Source of the DNA: an uncultured Oscillospiraceae bacterium
GTDB lineage: Bacteria > Bacillota > Clostridia > Acetivibrionales > DTU013
NCBI GenBank assembly: GCA_964596445.1
Contig: CAZQUQ010000001.1
Location: 3,357 to 58,913 of the forward strand
Reading direction: 5' to 3'
DNA: 55,557 nt
The notes below the pieces were generated by a model. The model had not been told where the DNA came from and searched no databases. It worked only from the letters and a program-made list of their open reading frames with translations. This document shows positions 1-8,256 of the stretch, piece after piece (position 1 is the stretch's first letter; every line of letters begins with the position of its first letter). A program made the position numbers and the translations under genes.

Positions 1-815
1 TGACCCGACTGCCTCTGATCCGGCAGTCCTGCAGATGATCCCCCTGATGCCGAAGACTGCTGCTTCAGTGTTTCCAATTCTGCTCTGAGTACACTTATTT
101 CATGCCTCAGCTCTTCTGTTTCCGCCTCAAGTTCGCTTATCCTGACCTGCTGGGCTTCATGTGCTTCCATGAGTCCTGCGTTTGATTCGGCTGAAGCTTT
201 GTATTCCTCCAATACCCTTTCTGCTGCATCCAACAGTCCATCAAGCAAGGCCAGCTGTTCCTCAGACAGCTCCCGCAGATCGGCTGATGCGCTTAACAGA
301 TTTGAGGCTGATGCATCCGCTAGCTGCTGTATCTTTTCCTTTATATTATTTTCTGTCCGGATCAAAGAATCATATTTCCCTGAGAACTCAGTCAGAAGAC
401 TGTTATATTTCGTACTGTCGGCCCGGCTGATACCTGAAGCGATATCCGTATTGCAGATCTGCATATACTGTTCCTGCAGACTCTTGAGCTTATCAAGCTC
501 CGCTTTTTCCTTGTCCCCCGACTGAGCAGCCAGTACATCGGCTGCCTGCATGATCTTTGCGCTCTCTGTTCCGATCACATCGATCGCTTTTGCGTCCTTG
601 CCTGTCACTCCCTGCGCCAGATTCCGCTGCTGAACGCCTATCATCGAGCCGATCTCACGGACGCTTATTATGCGGGTATTACTGCCGTCCGCGCTGGCAG
701 CTATGCCTGAGATCATCAGATTGTAGCCGCAAAAGGTCACAGCCAGCGCAGCTATGCTGCATATCAGTATTGTAGCCGCAAAAGTTACGATGAATTTTGC
801 CCGTATTCCTATCAT
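1..815 (-). CDS. membrane-anchored coiled-coil protein, N-terminal part only (gene runs off the left edge)
   Basis: Hand translation of the minus strand from ATG (813-815) stays open to position 1. It reads MIGIRAKFIVTFAATILICSIAALAVTF (TM helix), then Q/E/L/A-rich helical sequence ending ...ELEAETEELRHEISVLRAELETLKQQSSASGG. It is absent from the ORF track because it has no in-window stop. The + ORFs 169-525 and 557-775 are antisense shadows of it. Confidence 0.55.
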   Translation of the reverse strand, partial: MIGIRAKFIVTFAATILICSIAALAVTFCGYNLMISGIAASADGSNTRIISVREIGSMIGVQQRNLAQGVTGKDAKAIDVIGTESAKIMQAADVLAAQSGDKEKAELDKLKSLQEQYMQICNTDIASGISRADSTKYNSLLTEFSGKYDSLIRTENNIKEKIQQLADASASNLLSASADLRELSEEQLALLDGLLDAAERVLEEYKASAESNAGLMEAHEAQQVRISELEAETEELRHEISVLRAELETLKQQSSASGGSSAGLPDQRQSG

Positions 816-920
816 CAGTTCATCTCCGCATATATGTAGACCGACGTATATTCCTTTATAATAAGGTATATAATTCGATATATTCGGACAAATTCCTGCT
901 TGTTTATGCCAATATATGAT

Positions 921-949
921 TTGACATTGATGACAATATCAGATATAAA
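921..949 (+). promoter_or_regulatory. sigma-A-type promoter candidate upstream of the M23 peptidase/bactofilin genes
   Basis: TTGACA (921-926), 17-nt spacer, TATAAA (944-949). The inverted repeat ACAATATC-N11-GATATTGT overlaps the -10 region. The region is AT-rich, so a chance match is possible. Confidence 0.35.
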
Positions 950-1087
950 TAGATATTGTGATATTCTTTTCCGGAAAAAAAGGATTTTTTATAAATGTGT
1001 AGAATAATAATAGAGCCTTTTTTTCTGGCCATCACTGTACAAAAGATAATAATATTGTAATTTATCATTTTTACAGGGCGGTTAGAC

Positions 1088-2029
1088 ATGAGGAAAGGTA
1101 AGGCAAAGAGGTCGCAAAAAAAATATCTTTCTATAGTACTGGTCCCGCATTCATCAAGTCATGTAAAAGTGCTGAAGTTTAGAGCATTCTATTTTAAGCT
1201 TGTTGCTGGCTTTGTCATATTGGTTGCCATATTCGTATCAGGAAGCATGTACATATCCAAAATGCTGGAGGAGAATGAAGCGCTCAAGCAAAATATCAAT
1301 GAGCTTTATATTACGACCACCAAACAGAACCAGCTTATTCAGGCAAGGACCGAGGAAATCGAAAAGCTGAAGGATGAGAGTGCGGCATTCAGGGAAATAG
1401 TAAATGACAAAATAGAGGAATTCACCGAAAAATTCAATCAGATCACCGACGAATATCTGGAAGAACGAAAAAGCTTTGTCAGCCGTTCAGGCGAAAGAAA
1501 CGAGAATGAGTTCACCAGTGACATGCACGCACTGAAGGATTCGCTGGACAGTCTGAGTCTTCTGTACAGCAGGTCGAAGCTCCCGGAAGCCGATATCGAA
1601 GCCGCGGAAGAAAAAGTCAATGCCTTCATGGAAACGATTCCGACATTATGGCCAACCAACGGCAGGATCACAGACAGTTTCGGATACAGAAGGGATCCGT
1701 TCACCAAAAAGAAAAAATTCCATGCCGCACTTGATATTGCTGCAGATACGGGCACGGCGATCGTAGCGGCAGCAAGTGGTACTGTCACATACGTCGATTA
1801 TGTATACGCCACAGGACGGACAGTCAAAATAGATCATGGCCGCGGTGTAACAACCGTTTACGGACATTGCTCCAAAATACTCGTTGAACCGGGACAGACA
1901 GTCAAGAAAGGTGAAGTGATAGCCAAAGTCGGCAGTACAGGGCGCAGCACCGGACCGCACCTTCATTTCGAGATACTGATATACGGAACATCTGTAGACC
2001 CGCTCGAATATTTGGAGGACAAGCAATAA
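1088..2029 (+). CDS. M23 (LytM) family metallopeptidase with N-terminal TM helix and coiled coil
   Basis: 313-aa ORF. The C-terminal domain carries M23 signatures HAALDIAA...GTVTYV...DHGRGVTTVYGH...GSTGRSTGPHLHFEI. Confidence 0.9.
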   Translation: MRKGKAKRSQKKYLSIVLVPHSSSHVKVLKFRAFYFKLVAGFVILVAIFVSGSMYISKMLEENEALKQNINELYITTTKQNQLIQARTEEIEKLKDESAAFREIVNDKIEEFTEKFNQITDEYLEERKSFVSRSGERNENEFTSDMHALKDSLDSLSLLYSRSKLPEADIEAAEEKVNAFMETIPTLWPTNGRITDSFGYRRDPFTKKKKFHAALDIAADTGTAIVAAASGTVTYVDYVYATGRTVKIDHGRGVTTVYGHCSKILVEPGQTVKKGEVIAKVGSTGRSTGPHLHFEILIYGTSVDPLEYLEDKQ

Positions 2030-2100
2030 AAGCAAGATTCCCGTTATCGGATAAAGTCCGATAAATCAAATGTCAGTGATTAAATTCAGGGGGGTAGAAC

Positions 2101-2529
2101 ATGTTGAGAAGGAACACTTTCCGTGAGGGTGTTGATACGCTGGTCGGCGTCAATTCAGTATTTACAGGCAGCATAGAGTCCGACGGCACCGTAAGGGTCG
2201 ATGGCAAAGTCATAGGCGATATCAGGGTCACAGGAGACATATACGTAGGAAACGGGGCTTCAGTTCAGGGGAATGTGGACGCAAACAATGTCCATCTTGC
2301 CGGCACCGTGGAAGGAAACATCATAGCAAAGGGATTGCTGAAAATTCTATCGACAGCAAAGCTTTACGGCGACATCAAAATCAAAAGCTTCGTAGCCGAT
2401 GAAGGCGCTCTGTTCCACGGCAAGTGCGAGATGCTGGATGATCCGCCGGTCGAAAAGCCTTCGGAAAAGCCAAGAAGGAACTATAAGAAGAGCAATATAC
2501 TTGAAGATGTATATGAAGAAAACAAGTAA
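2101..2529 (+). CDS. bactofilin (polymer-forming cytoskeletal protein)
   Basis: 142-aa ORF with a beta-helical repeat pattern typical of bactofilins: VFTGSIESDGTVRVDGKVIGDIRVTGDIYVGNGASVQGNVDANNVHLAGTVEGNI. A GGGG RBS precedes the ATG. Confidence 0.9.
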   Translation: MLRRNTFREGVDTLVGVNSVFTGSIESDGTVRVDGKVIGDIRVTGDIYVGNGASVQGNVDANNVHLAGTVEGNIIAKGLLKILSTAKLYGDIKIKSFVADEGALFHGKCEMLDDPPVEKPSEKPRRNYKKSNILEDVYEENK

Positions 2530-2713
2530 CAGAGTTCTATACAGATTTGTTCTATAGTCCTAAAAATCCTAATATATTTATATGAGTGATCAACAAAACG
2601 ATACATGTGATGAATGCGGTGATGGCAACGCGGAGCAGCATGCGGAGCCTTCTGATGTTCCGCCTTTTCACATACCACCATCTGCGGTACAGAATACTGT
2701 TCCTCAGCATGAT

Positions 2714-2753
2714 AACACCTCCGTTGCATTATAATATGCAGGAGGTGTTTTTT
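2714..2753 (+). terminator. rho-independent terminator candidate downstream of the bactofilin gene
   Basis: AACACCTCC (2714-2722) pairs with GGAGGTGTT (2741-2749) and is followed by a T-run. It lies about 30 nt from the stop of the convergent XRE gene. Confidence 0.6.
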
Positions 2754-2781
2754 CGGTTACACTTCTAAAAATTTCCGCTTG

Positions 2782-3255
2782 TTATTTTCGCTCCATACTT
2801 TTGAGGATACCCACCGACATGTACCTTTTGAGCGTTGTTTCAGTCTGTACGTAGACATCTTCAAGAAACAGCCTGTACAGATCCTCATCTTCTATCAGAT
2901 ATCTGCACTCCAGCATCCGGTCAAGTATGTTGCCTATTTTCTTCTGTATTTCCTTGTCCTCGAGCGCTTTCATGTTCCTGTCCTTCGCGATGACCAGCCT
3001 CAGCAGTGAAGGGATCCTGAGGGCGGGCAGCTCTGTTTCCTGCTCCAGTCCGAGCAGAGAGTCGATCTCGATATCCAGTTCCCTGGCTATCGCAACCATC
3101 AGTTCAAGGTTCGGATTGGTCTTTTTTCCGTTCTCCAGCTGTGACAGATAACCGGGCGAGATCCCTGTCCGCCTGGCAAAATCCACCAGAGAGATCCCCA
3201 GCTCTTCCCTTTTAGCCTTTATTATTTCTCCTGCCTTTATTTGCAAGGCTTCCAC
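2782..3255 (-). CDS. XRE-family helix-turn-helix transcriptional regulator
   Basis: 157-aa ORF. The N-terminal HTH_3 signature is LGISLVDFARRTGISPGYLSQLENGKKTNPNLELMVAIARELDIEIDSLLG. Confidence 0.85.
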   Translation of the reverse strand: MEALQIKAGEIIKAKREELGISLVDFARRTGISPGYLSQLENGKKTNPNLELMVAIARELDIEIDSLLGLEQETELPALRIPSLLRLVIAKDRNMKALEDKEIQKKIGNILDRMLECRYLIEDEDLYRLFLEDVYVQTETTLKRYMSVGILKSMERK

Positions 3256-3353
3256 CCCCCGTCACCACATCCGATCAAGAAGATACGACATGATCTGTTT
3301 CCATTTTACATAATTATATAAAACAATACAACAAACAGATTTCCATGCCTGAT

Positions 3354-3383
3354 TTTACACCGGTTTCTGAAATGTGCTATAAT
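3354..3383 (+). promoter_or_regulatory. promoter candidate for the PBP gene (extended -10)
   Basis: TTTACA (3354-3359), 18-nt spacer, TGcTATAAT with the TATAAT at 3378-3383. Confidence 0.45.
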
Positions 3384-3488
3384 GTATAGGCATTTTGATG
3401 GTTGGAACAACAAGTTCCATAAGGCAGTCTAATCATTATTGAAAAGCATCACGCTTTGCAGTTTGTTTTCTTTACAAGGAGGACACGC

Positions 3489-6053
3489 ATGAAGTCTGGA
3501 AAGAAGCCGACCGCTAATGAAGCGGGCAAAAAACAGAAGAAATCAAAGATATCTTCATTTATAAAAAAGTTTTTGCTTACCCTTATTATATGCATTCTCA
3601 TATTCATCCTGTCCATAGGCTCTGCACTGGCAGGTCTGGCTGGAGGCGCCGTATACGGCTATATAAAAACAGCCAAGCCTATCACCGAGGAGCAGCTGAT
3701 AGCTAAAGCTTCCAACCGCACGACCTTGATATATGATTCAAAGGGCAATATAATCCAGAAGCTTACCGGAAGAGACAATATGGACAGTGAACCCGTTACC
3801 GACAAGGAAGTGCCCAAGTATCTCAAGGACGCTATCATTTCCATAGAGGATGAGCGTTTTGAGAAGCATCCTGGCGTTGACATTCAGGGTGTAATAAACG
3901 CAGGCATCGGGTTCATAAAAAGCATAATCACCGGAAGCAGTGCGGCAACACGCGGCGGCAGTACGATAACACAGCAGGTGGTAAAAAACATCACAGGTGA
4001 CGACAGACGTTCCATCGAAAGAAAGGTACAGGAAGGATATGCAGCGATACTTCTGGAGCAAAAGCTGGAAAAGTGGCAGATACTCGAGCTGTATATGAAC
4101 CTTGGATACTGGGGCAACAGTTGTACAGGGGTGCAGTCGGCATCCAAGAAATATTTCGGGAAGCCAGTCAGCGAACTGACTTTAGCTCAATGTGCACTGC
4201 TGGCCGGCATTACTAAAAATCCGTCAAAGTACAACCCCTTTACCGAAAGCGGCCGTAAGTACGCAAAGGAACGTCAGGAAATAATACTTGGCAAAATGCT
4301 CGAACTGGGCAGGATTACTCAGGAGGAGTATGACGCTGCCATAAAAGAGGATCTGAAGTATGTCCCCAAATCCAGCTCACAGAAGGTTGTAAGCGTTCAG
4401 AGCTACTTTGTAGATCAGGTCATCGTGGATGTAAGGAAAGCTCTGATGGAAGAGCTGAACATATCCGCAACGATGGCAAACTACATGATATATGGCGGCG
4501 GGCTTGAGATTTTTACCACCATGGACCCGAAGATGCAGGCCGATATGGATTCCGTCTTCATGGACGACACATTTTTCCCTACCGTCAATGAATCTGCAAA
4601 GAGGCAGATGGAGCATCCGCAGGCAGCAATGGCAATAGTGGACGTCCAGAACGGACAGGTCAAGGCGCTGTACGGCGGGTATGGAAAGAAGGAAGCCAAC
4701 AATACGCTCAACAGGGCGTCTTCGTCGCTGATGAAGCGGCAGCCGGGTTCGACAGCCAAGCCGATAACGACATACGGACCGGCAATAGATATGGGAGTGA
4801 TCACAGCAGCCACCGTGATCGATGATAAAGCAGTGTATATGCTTACAGGCAAGGATGCTGAAAAAGCATACCCAACGAATTATGACAATAAATATGACGG
4901 CCTCACTACAGTGAGAAACGCCATCAAAAATTCGGTAAACGTCGTTGCTGCAACGGTGTGGAGAGACTTCCTCGGCCCTGATAAATCCATCGAATATCTG
5001 AAAAAAGTCGGAATAGACAGGGAAAAGGAGAAATATATATCACTGGTCATGGGAGGCTGGGAGCAGGGCATCAATCCCCTTCAGCTTGCGGCATCATACG
5101 TTCCGTTTGCTCATGAGGGCGTGTATTTCGAGCCTACGACCTTCTCCCTTGTAAAGGACAGCAACGGCAATGAGCTTATTAACAGAAAAACAGCCAAGTT
5201 CAATATAGTATACAGCGAACAGACAGCATTCATTATGACAGACATGCTGAAGGAAGTAACCACCGGCAGGACATCGACCTACCCCCATTCCGGTACGGCC
5301 TACACCAATGTCAACGAAGAAACCGTCGGAATGCCGGTCGTAGGAAAAACCGGAACGACCACCAGCAACATCGACAAATGGTTTGTCGGATATACTCCTT
5401 ATTACGCTGCTGCAGTCTGGTATGGATATGACAACAGTACAGAAGCGATCCCGGTAAAGCAGGAGGAGTTCTATCAGGCCCATAAGATATTTGCAGCTGT
5501 TATGAAAAAGGTACACGAAGGCCTGCCGAGAAAAGAGTTCAATGAAATGCCCGACAACATAGTGCAAAAAGAAATATGCATCTACTCGGGCAAAATAGCG
5601 ACCGAACTGTGCAAGCGCGATCCAAGAGGCTCCAAAACGACCAAGCTGGAATACTTCATTAAAGGTACGGAACCCCGGGATGATGATTACTGTACGGTCC
5701 ATGTGGAGACTATGGTCTGCACGGCAAGCAAGGATACACAAAACCGCAATCTGCTGGCAGGACAATACTGTCCGGCGGATACGGTCGAATCAAGGGTATT
5801 CATACAGCGTGAAGTCCCGTATGTCCCCACAAAGCCGAACGAGAGACCGCCCAAGGATGTCGTATACGAGTTGCCTGCAGGTGAGTACTGCACCGTGCAT
5901 GGAGCTCCACCCGTAATAGAACCCGAGAATCCGCTGGATGACATATTTGATTTTCTATGGCCGTTCGACGGAAACAATGATACGGGCGGAAGCAGCGGCG
6001 GAAGCGATGACGGCGGAAGCCAGGAAAGCGGAGAACTTGAACCGTTGGAATGA
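3489..6053 (+). CDS. class A penicillin-binding protein (bifunctional glycosyltransferase/transpeptidase, PBP1A type)
   Basis: GT51 motifs: EDERFEKHPGVD, RGGSTITQQVVKN. Transpeptidase motifs: STAKP, SVN, KTGTT. I moved the start to ATG 3489, which is in frame with track ORF 3456 and preceded by AAGGAGG. N-terminal TM anchor. Confidence 0.92.
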   Translation: MKSGKKPTANEAGKKQKKSKISSFIKKFLLTLIICILIFILSIGSALAGLAGGAVYGYIKTAKPITEEQLIAKASNRTTLIYDSKGNIIQKLTGRDNMDSEPVTDKEVPKYLKDAIISIEDERFEKHPGVDIQGVINAGIGFIKSIITGSSAATRGGSTITQQVVKNITGDDRRSIERKVQEGYAAILLEQKLEKWQILELYMNLGYWGNSCTGVQSASKKYFGKPVSELTLAQCALLAGITKNPSKYNPFTESGRKYAKERQEIILGKMLELGRITQEEYDAAIKEDLKYVPKSSSQKVVSVQSYFVDQVIVDVRKALMEELNISATMANYMIYGGGLEIFTTMDPKMQADMDSVFMDDTFFPTVNESAKRQMEHPQAAMAIVDVQNGQVKALYGGYGKKEANNTLNRASSSLMKRQPGSTAKPITTYGPAIDMGVITAATVIDDKAVYMLTGKDAEKAYPTNYDNKYDGLTTVRNAIKNSVNVVAATVWRDFLGPDKSIEYLKKVGIDREKEKYISLVMGGWEQGINPLQLAASYVPFAHEGVYFEPTTFSLVKDSNGNELINRKTAKFNIVYSEQTAFIMTDMLKEVTTGRTSTYPHSGTAYTNVNEETVGMPVVGKTGTTTSNIDKWFVGYTPYYAAAVWYGYDNSTEAIPVKQEEFYQAHKIFAAVMKKVHEGLPRKEFNEMPDNIVQKEICIYSGKIATELCKRDPRGSKTTKLEYFIKGTEPRDDDYCTVHVETMVCTASKDTQNRNLLAGQYCPADTVESRVFIQREVPYVPTKPNERPPKDVVYELPAGEYCTVHGAPPVIEPENPLDDIFDFLWPFDGNNDTGGSSGGSDDGGSQESGELEPLE

Positions 6054-6061
6054 GTTTATTC

Positions 6062-6120
6062 GGGGTCAGGCTTGAGATTTTACTTATTTTGTAAATAAGT
6101 AAAAACTCAAGCCTGACCCC
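6062..6120. terminator. long near-perfect hairpin between convergent PBP and proB genes (bidirectional terminator candidate)
   Basis: GGGGTCAGGCTTGAG (6062-6076) pairs with CTCAAGCCTGACCCC (6106-6120). The inner arms TTTTACTTATTT (6078-6089) and AAATAAGTAAAA (6093-6104) also pair, giving about 27 bp with one A-A mismatch and a 3-nt loop. Confidence 0.75.
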
Positions 6121-6129
6121 ATTATCACA

Positions 6130-6945
6130 TTATCTTCCTGTAAAAAGCGTACCGGTCTCCTTGCCTGCGATGATGGACATTATGTTTTCCGGATCATCGC
6201 CGTTTGCAAGCACCATATCGATGCCGTTTTCAATAGCGAGCTTTGCAGCGGCAAGCTTTGTCACCATGCCTCCGGTACCCCTTCTGGTGCCCGCTCCGCC
6301 CGCGCATTTTTCTATGTCCGGAGTTATGCTGCGGATAATGGATAATTTATGTACATCCTGTTTTTTATGCGGATCATCGTCATAAAAACCATCTGTGTCA
6401 GAGAGGATTATAAGCAGATCGGCCTTGATAAGTACGGCCACGATGGCAGAAAGGGTGTCGTTGTCTCCGAAGACCCTCTTCTCTCCATATTCGATCTCAT
6501 CTATCGAAACCGAATCATTCTCATTTACAATTGGTATTATCCCGTTCTCGATCAATGTCTCAAACGTATTCATGACATTTTGTCTTGTGTGCTCTTCTTC
6601 AACGACATCGCGGGTCAGCAGTATCTGTCCGACAGTATGTCCGTATTCCGAAAAAAACTTGCTGTAGATGTGCATGAGCTCACATTGTCCTACTGCAGCA
6701 ACAGCCTGCTTTTCTCTTACAGTGGCAGGCTTGTCCTTCAGCTTCAGCTTGCCGACGCCTACGCCGATGGCGCCGGATGTGACCAGCACCACCTCCCTGT
6801 CCTGGTTGAGCAGATCCGAAAGGACCATGGCAAGCTTGTCCATCCTCGTAAAGTTGACCTTGCCGTTTTCATATGTTAAAGTCGAGGTCCCGACCTTCAC
6901 TACTATACGTTTTGCCTGTTTCAATCTTTCTCTTTCGATACTCAT
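6130..6945 (-). CDS. proB: glutamate 5-kinase (short form without PUA domain)
   Basis: RIVVKVGTSTLT...VVLVTSGAIGVG...NDTLSA...LSDTDGFY. I set the start at ATG 6943-6945 (M18 of the track ORF), because AAGGAG (6953-6958) lies 7 nt upstream. Confidence 0.9.
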   Translation of the reverse strand: MSIERERLKQAKRIVVKVGTSTLTYENGKVNFTRMDKLAMVLSDLLNQDREVVLVTSGAIGVGVGKLKLKDKPATVREKQAVAAVGQCELMHIYSKFFSEYGHTVGQILLTRDVVEEEHTRQNVMNTFETLIENGIIPIVNENDSVSIDEIEYGEKRVFGDNDTLSAIVAVLIKADLLIILSDTDGFYDDDPHKKQDVHKLSIIRSITPDIEKCAGGAGTRRGTGGMVTKLAAAKLAIENGIDMVLANGDDPENIMSIIAGKETGTLFTGR

Positions 6946-6994
6946 TTCGATACTCCTTAACACTGACTGTTCAGGTATGTTTTCATCTTCCGAC

Positions 6995-7003
6995 ATTATA
7001 CCA
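6995..7003 (-). promoter_or_regulatory. extended -10 element (TGgTATAAT) upstream of proB
   Basis: The reverse complement of 6995-7003 reads TGGTATAAT. The -35 is poor (TTCCAT at 18 nt). The position fits the downstream SD and start at 6945. Confidence 0.4.
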
Positions 7004-7143
7004 CAGCATCACTTGAAAATGGAATAGCCGCAGGAATGGCCACTTTTTTATCAGATATCTTTGATTTTTACAAAATATCAAACATTGTTCTATTGCCCGC
7101 ACATCAATTATTCAGTATTATATTTTAAGGGAGGGATACAACT

Positions 7144-8256
7144 ATGTATGTCGATATTGAAAAATTCTGGGCAGACGATGAACTGGCCCACGAGGACAAC
7201 TGCTTCAGCCCAAAGGCCCCGCAGGTAGCACTGGGTATCAGGATGAGCGAAGAATGTGTTTTTGCTGAGCTTGGAGAAGAAGGGAACCCTTGGGGATATA
7301 CACCCAGAGAAAGAAGACTCGAACTAAATAAACGGTACAACGATAAGGCAGAAAAAATCGTCGGACGCAGGCTGCTTCCCGAAACGCTGCCGGAACCAGA
7401 TGCAGAATTTCCATATGTAAAAAGGATCGGAGAAGTATTCGAAGGGAAATACATACATAACGACATCGCAGAATGGCTGGAAGGTTCAGTAAGCACTCCT
7501 TCCGAACTGGAGAAGCTGCTGGACAGAGTTGAAAAGCTCGATTTGCGCGAATTCATTCTCCCTCCCAATTGGGAAAGCGAAAAGAAACGGATTTTTGAGA
7601 AATATGGCATAAAGCCTCCGCTTATGCGGCACGTAAGAGGTCCCGTCACTCTTGCCACTTCTATATATGGTGCGGAGAACCTCATATTCCTTATCATAGA
7701 TGAGCCTGATCTGGCAAAAAGGTTTTCCGATGTGATACTCAAGGTAATAACAGGCATTGCATCCATCATGGATGAAGAAGCCGGATATAATGAAACGAAC
7801 AGGCCGGGCGGCTTCAGTTTTGCAGATGACAATTGCTGCCTGCTTACGCCGGATATGTATGAAATGTTCGGATACCCGGTCCTTAAAGCTGTGTTTGACC
7901 GCTGGAGCCCGAATCCGAACGACGAACGGTATCAGCATTCTGATTCCGCTATGGCGCACCTGCTTCCGATATTGGGCCGCCTTAATCTGACAGGCTGCAA
8001 CTTCGGTCCGACGGTACTTGTGGACGAAATACGCAAATACATGCCCCACACAAGGATAGACGGATGCCTTGCACCATTCACTTTTATGAACAATGATACG
8101 GAAGCGATCATCAAAGAAGTAAAGCGTGACTGTGAGATGGCCCGTCAATGCGGCAGAGGACTCAATCTCTCAACAGCAGGCTCCATCAACAACGGAAGCC
8201 TTCTGACCAGCATGCTCACAGTAATGTATGCTATACAGAACTATGGCAGATATTGA
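7144..8256 (+). CDS. uroporphyrinogen-decarboxylase (URO-D)-like family protein of unknown function
   Basis: 370-aa ORF with GGGAGGG upstream. Length and C-terminal half (FSFADDNCCLLTPDMYEMFGYPVL...YQHSDSAMAHLLPILGRLNLTGCNFGP) resemble URO-D/MtaA-fold proteins. The call is made by eye only. The H-x-C zinc motif of MtaA-type methyltransferases is not evident. Confidence 0.5.
   Translation: MYVDIEKFWADDELAHEDNCFSPKAPQVALGIRMSEECVFAELGEEGNPWGYTPRERRLELNKRYNDKAEKIVGRRLLPETLPEPDAEFPYVKRIGEVFEGKYIHNDIAEWLEGSVSTPSELEKLLDRVEKLDLREFILPPNWESEKKRIFEKYGIKPPLMRHVRGPVTLATSIYGAENLIFLIIDEPDLAKRFSDVILKVITGIASIMDEEAGYNETNRPGGFSFADDNCCLLTPDMYEMFGYPVLKAVFDRWSPNPNDERYQHSDSAMAHLLPILGRLNLTGCNFGPTVLVDEIRKYMPHTRIDGCLAPFTFMNNDTEAIIKEVKRDCEMARQCGRGLNLSTAGSINNGSLLTSMLTVMYAIQNYGRY

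Noticed and set aside
169-775. Plus-strand ORFs 169-525, 182-430 and 557-775 at the left edge
   Set aside because: They are Ser/Ala/Leu/Cys-rich antisense shadows of the open minus-strand frame that starts at 815 and runs off the window.
2582-2734. 50-codon plus-strand ORF (MSDQQNDTCDECGDGNAEQHAEPSDVPPFHIPPSAVQNTVPQHDNTSVAL) in the 250-nt gap between bactofilin and the XRE gene, ending just before the terminator hairpin
   Set aside because: There is no Shine-Dalgarno sequence upstream of its ATG. Competing ORFs occupy other frames (2586-2768 plus, 2481-2729 minus), and I recognise no family. I treat the region as a 3'UTR unless ribosome profiling or conservation says otherwise.
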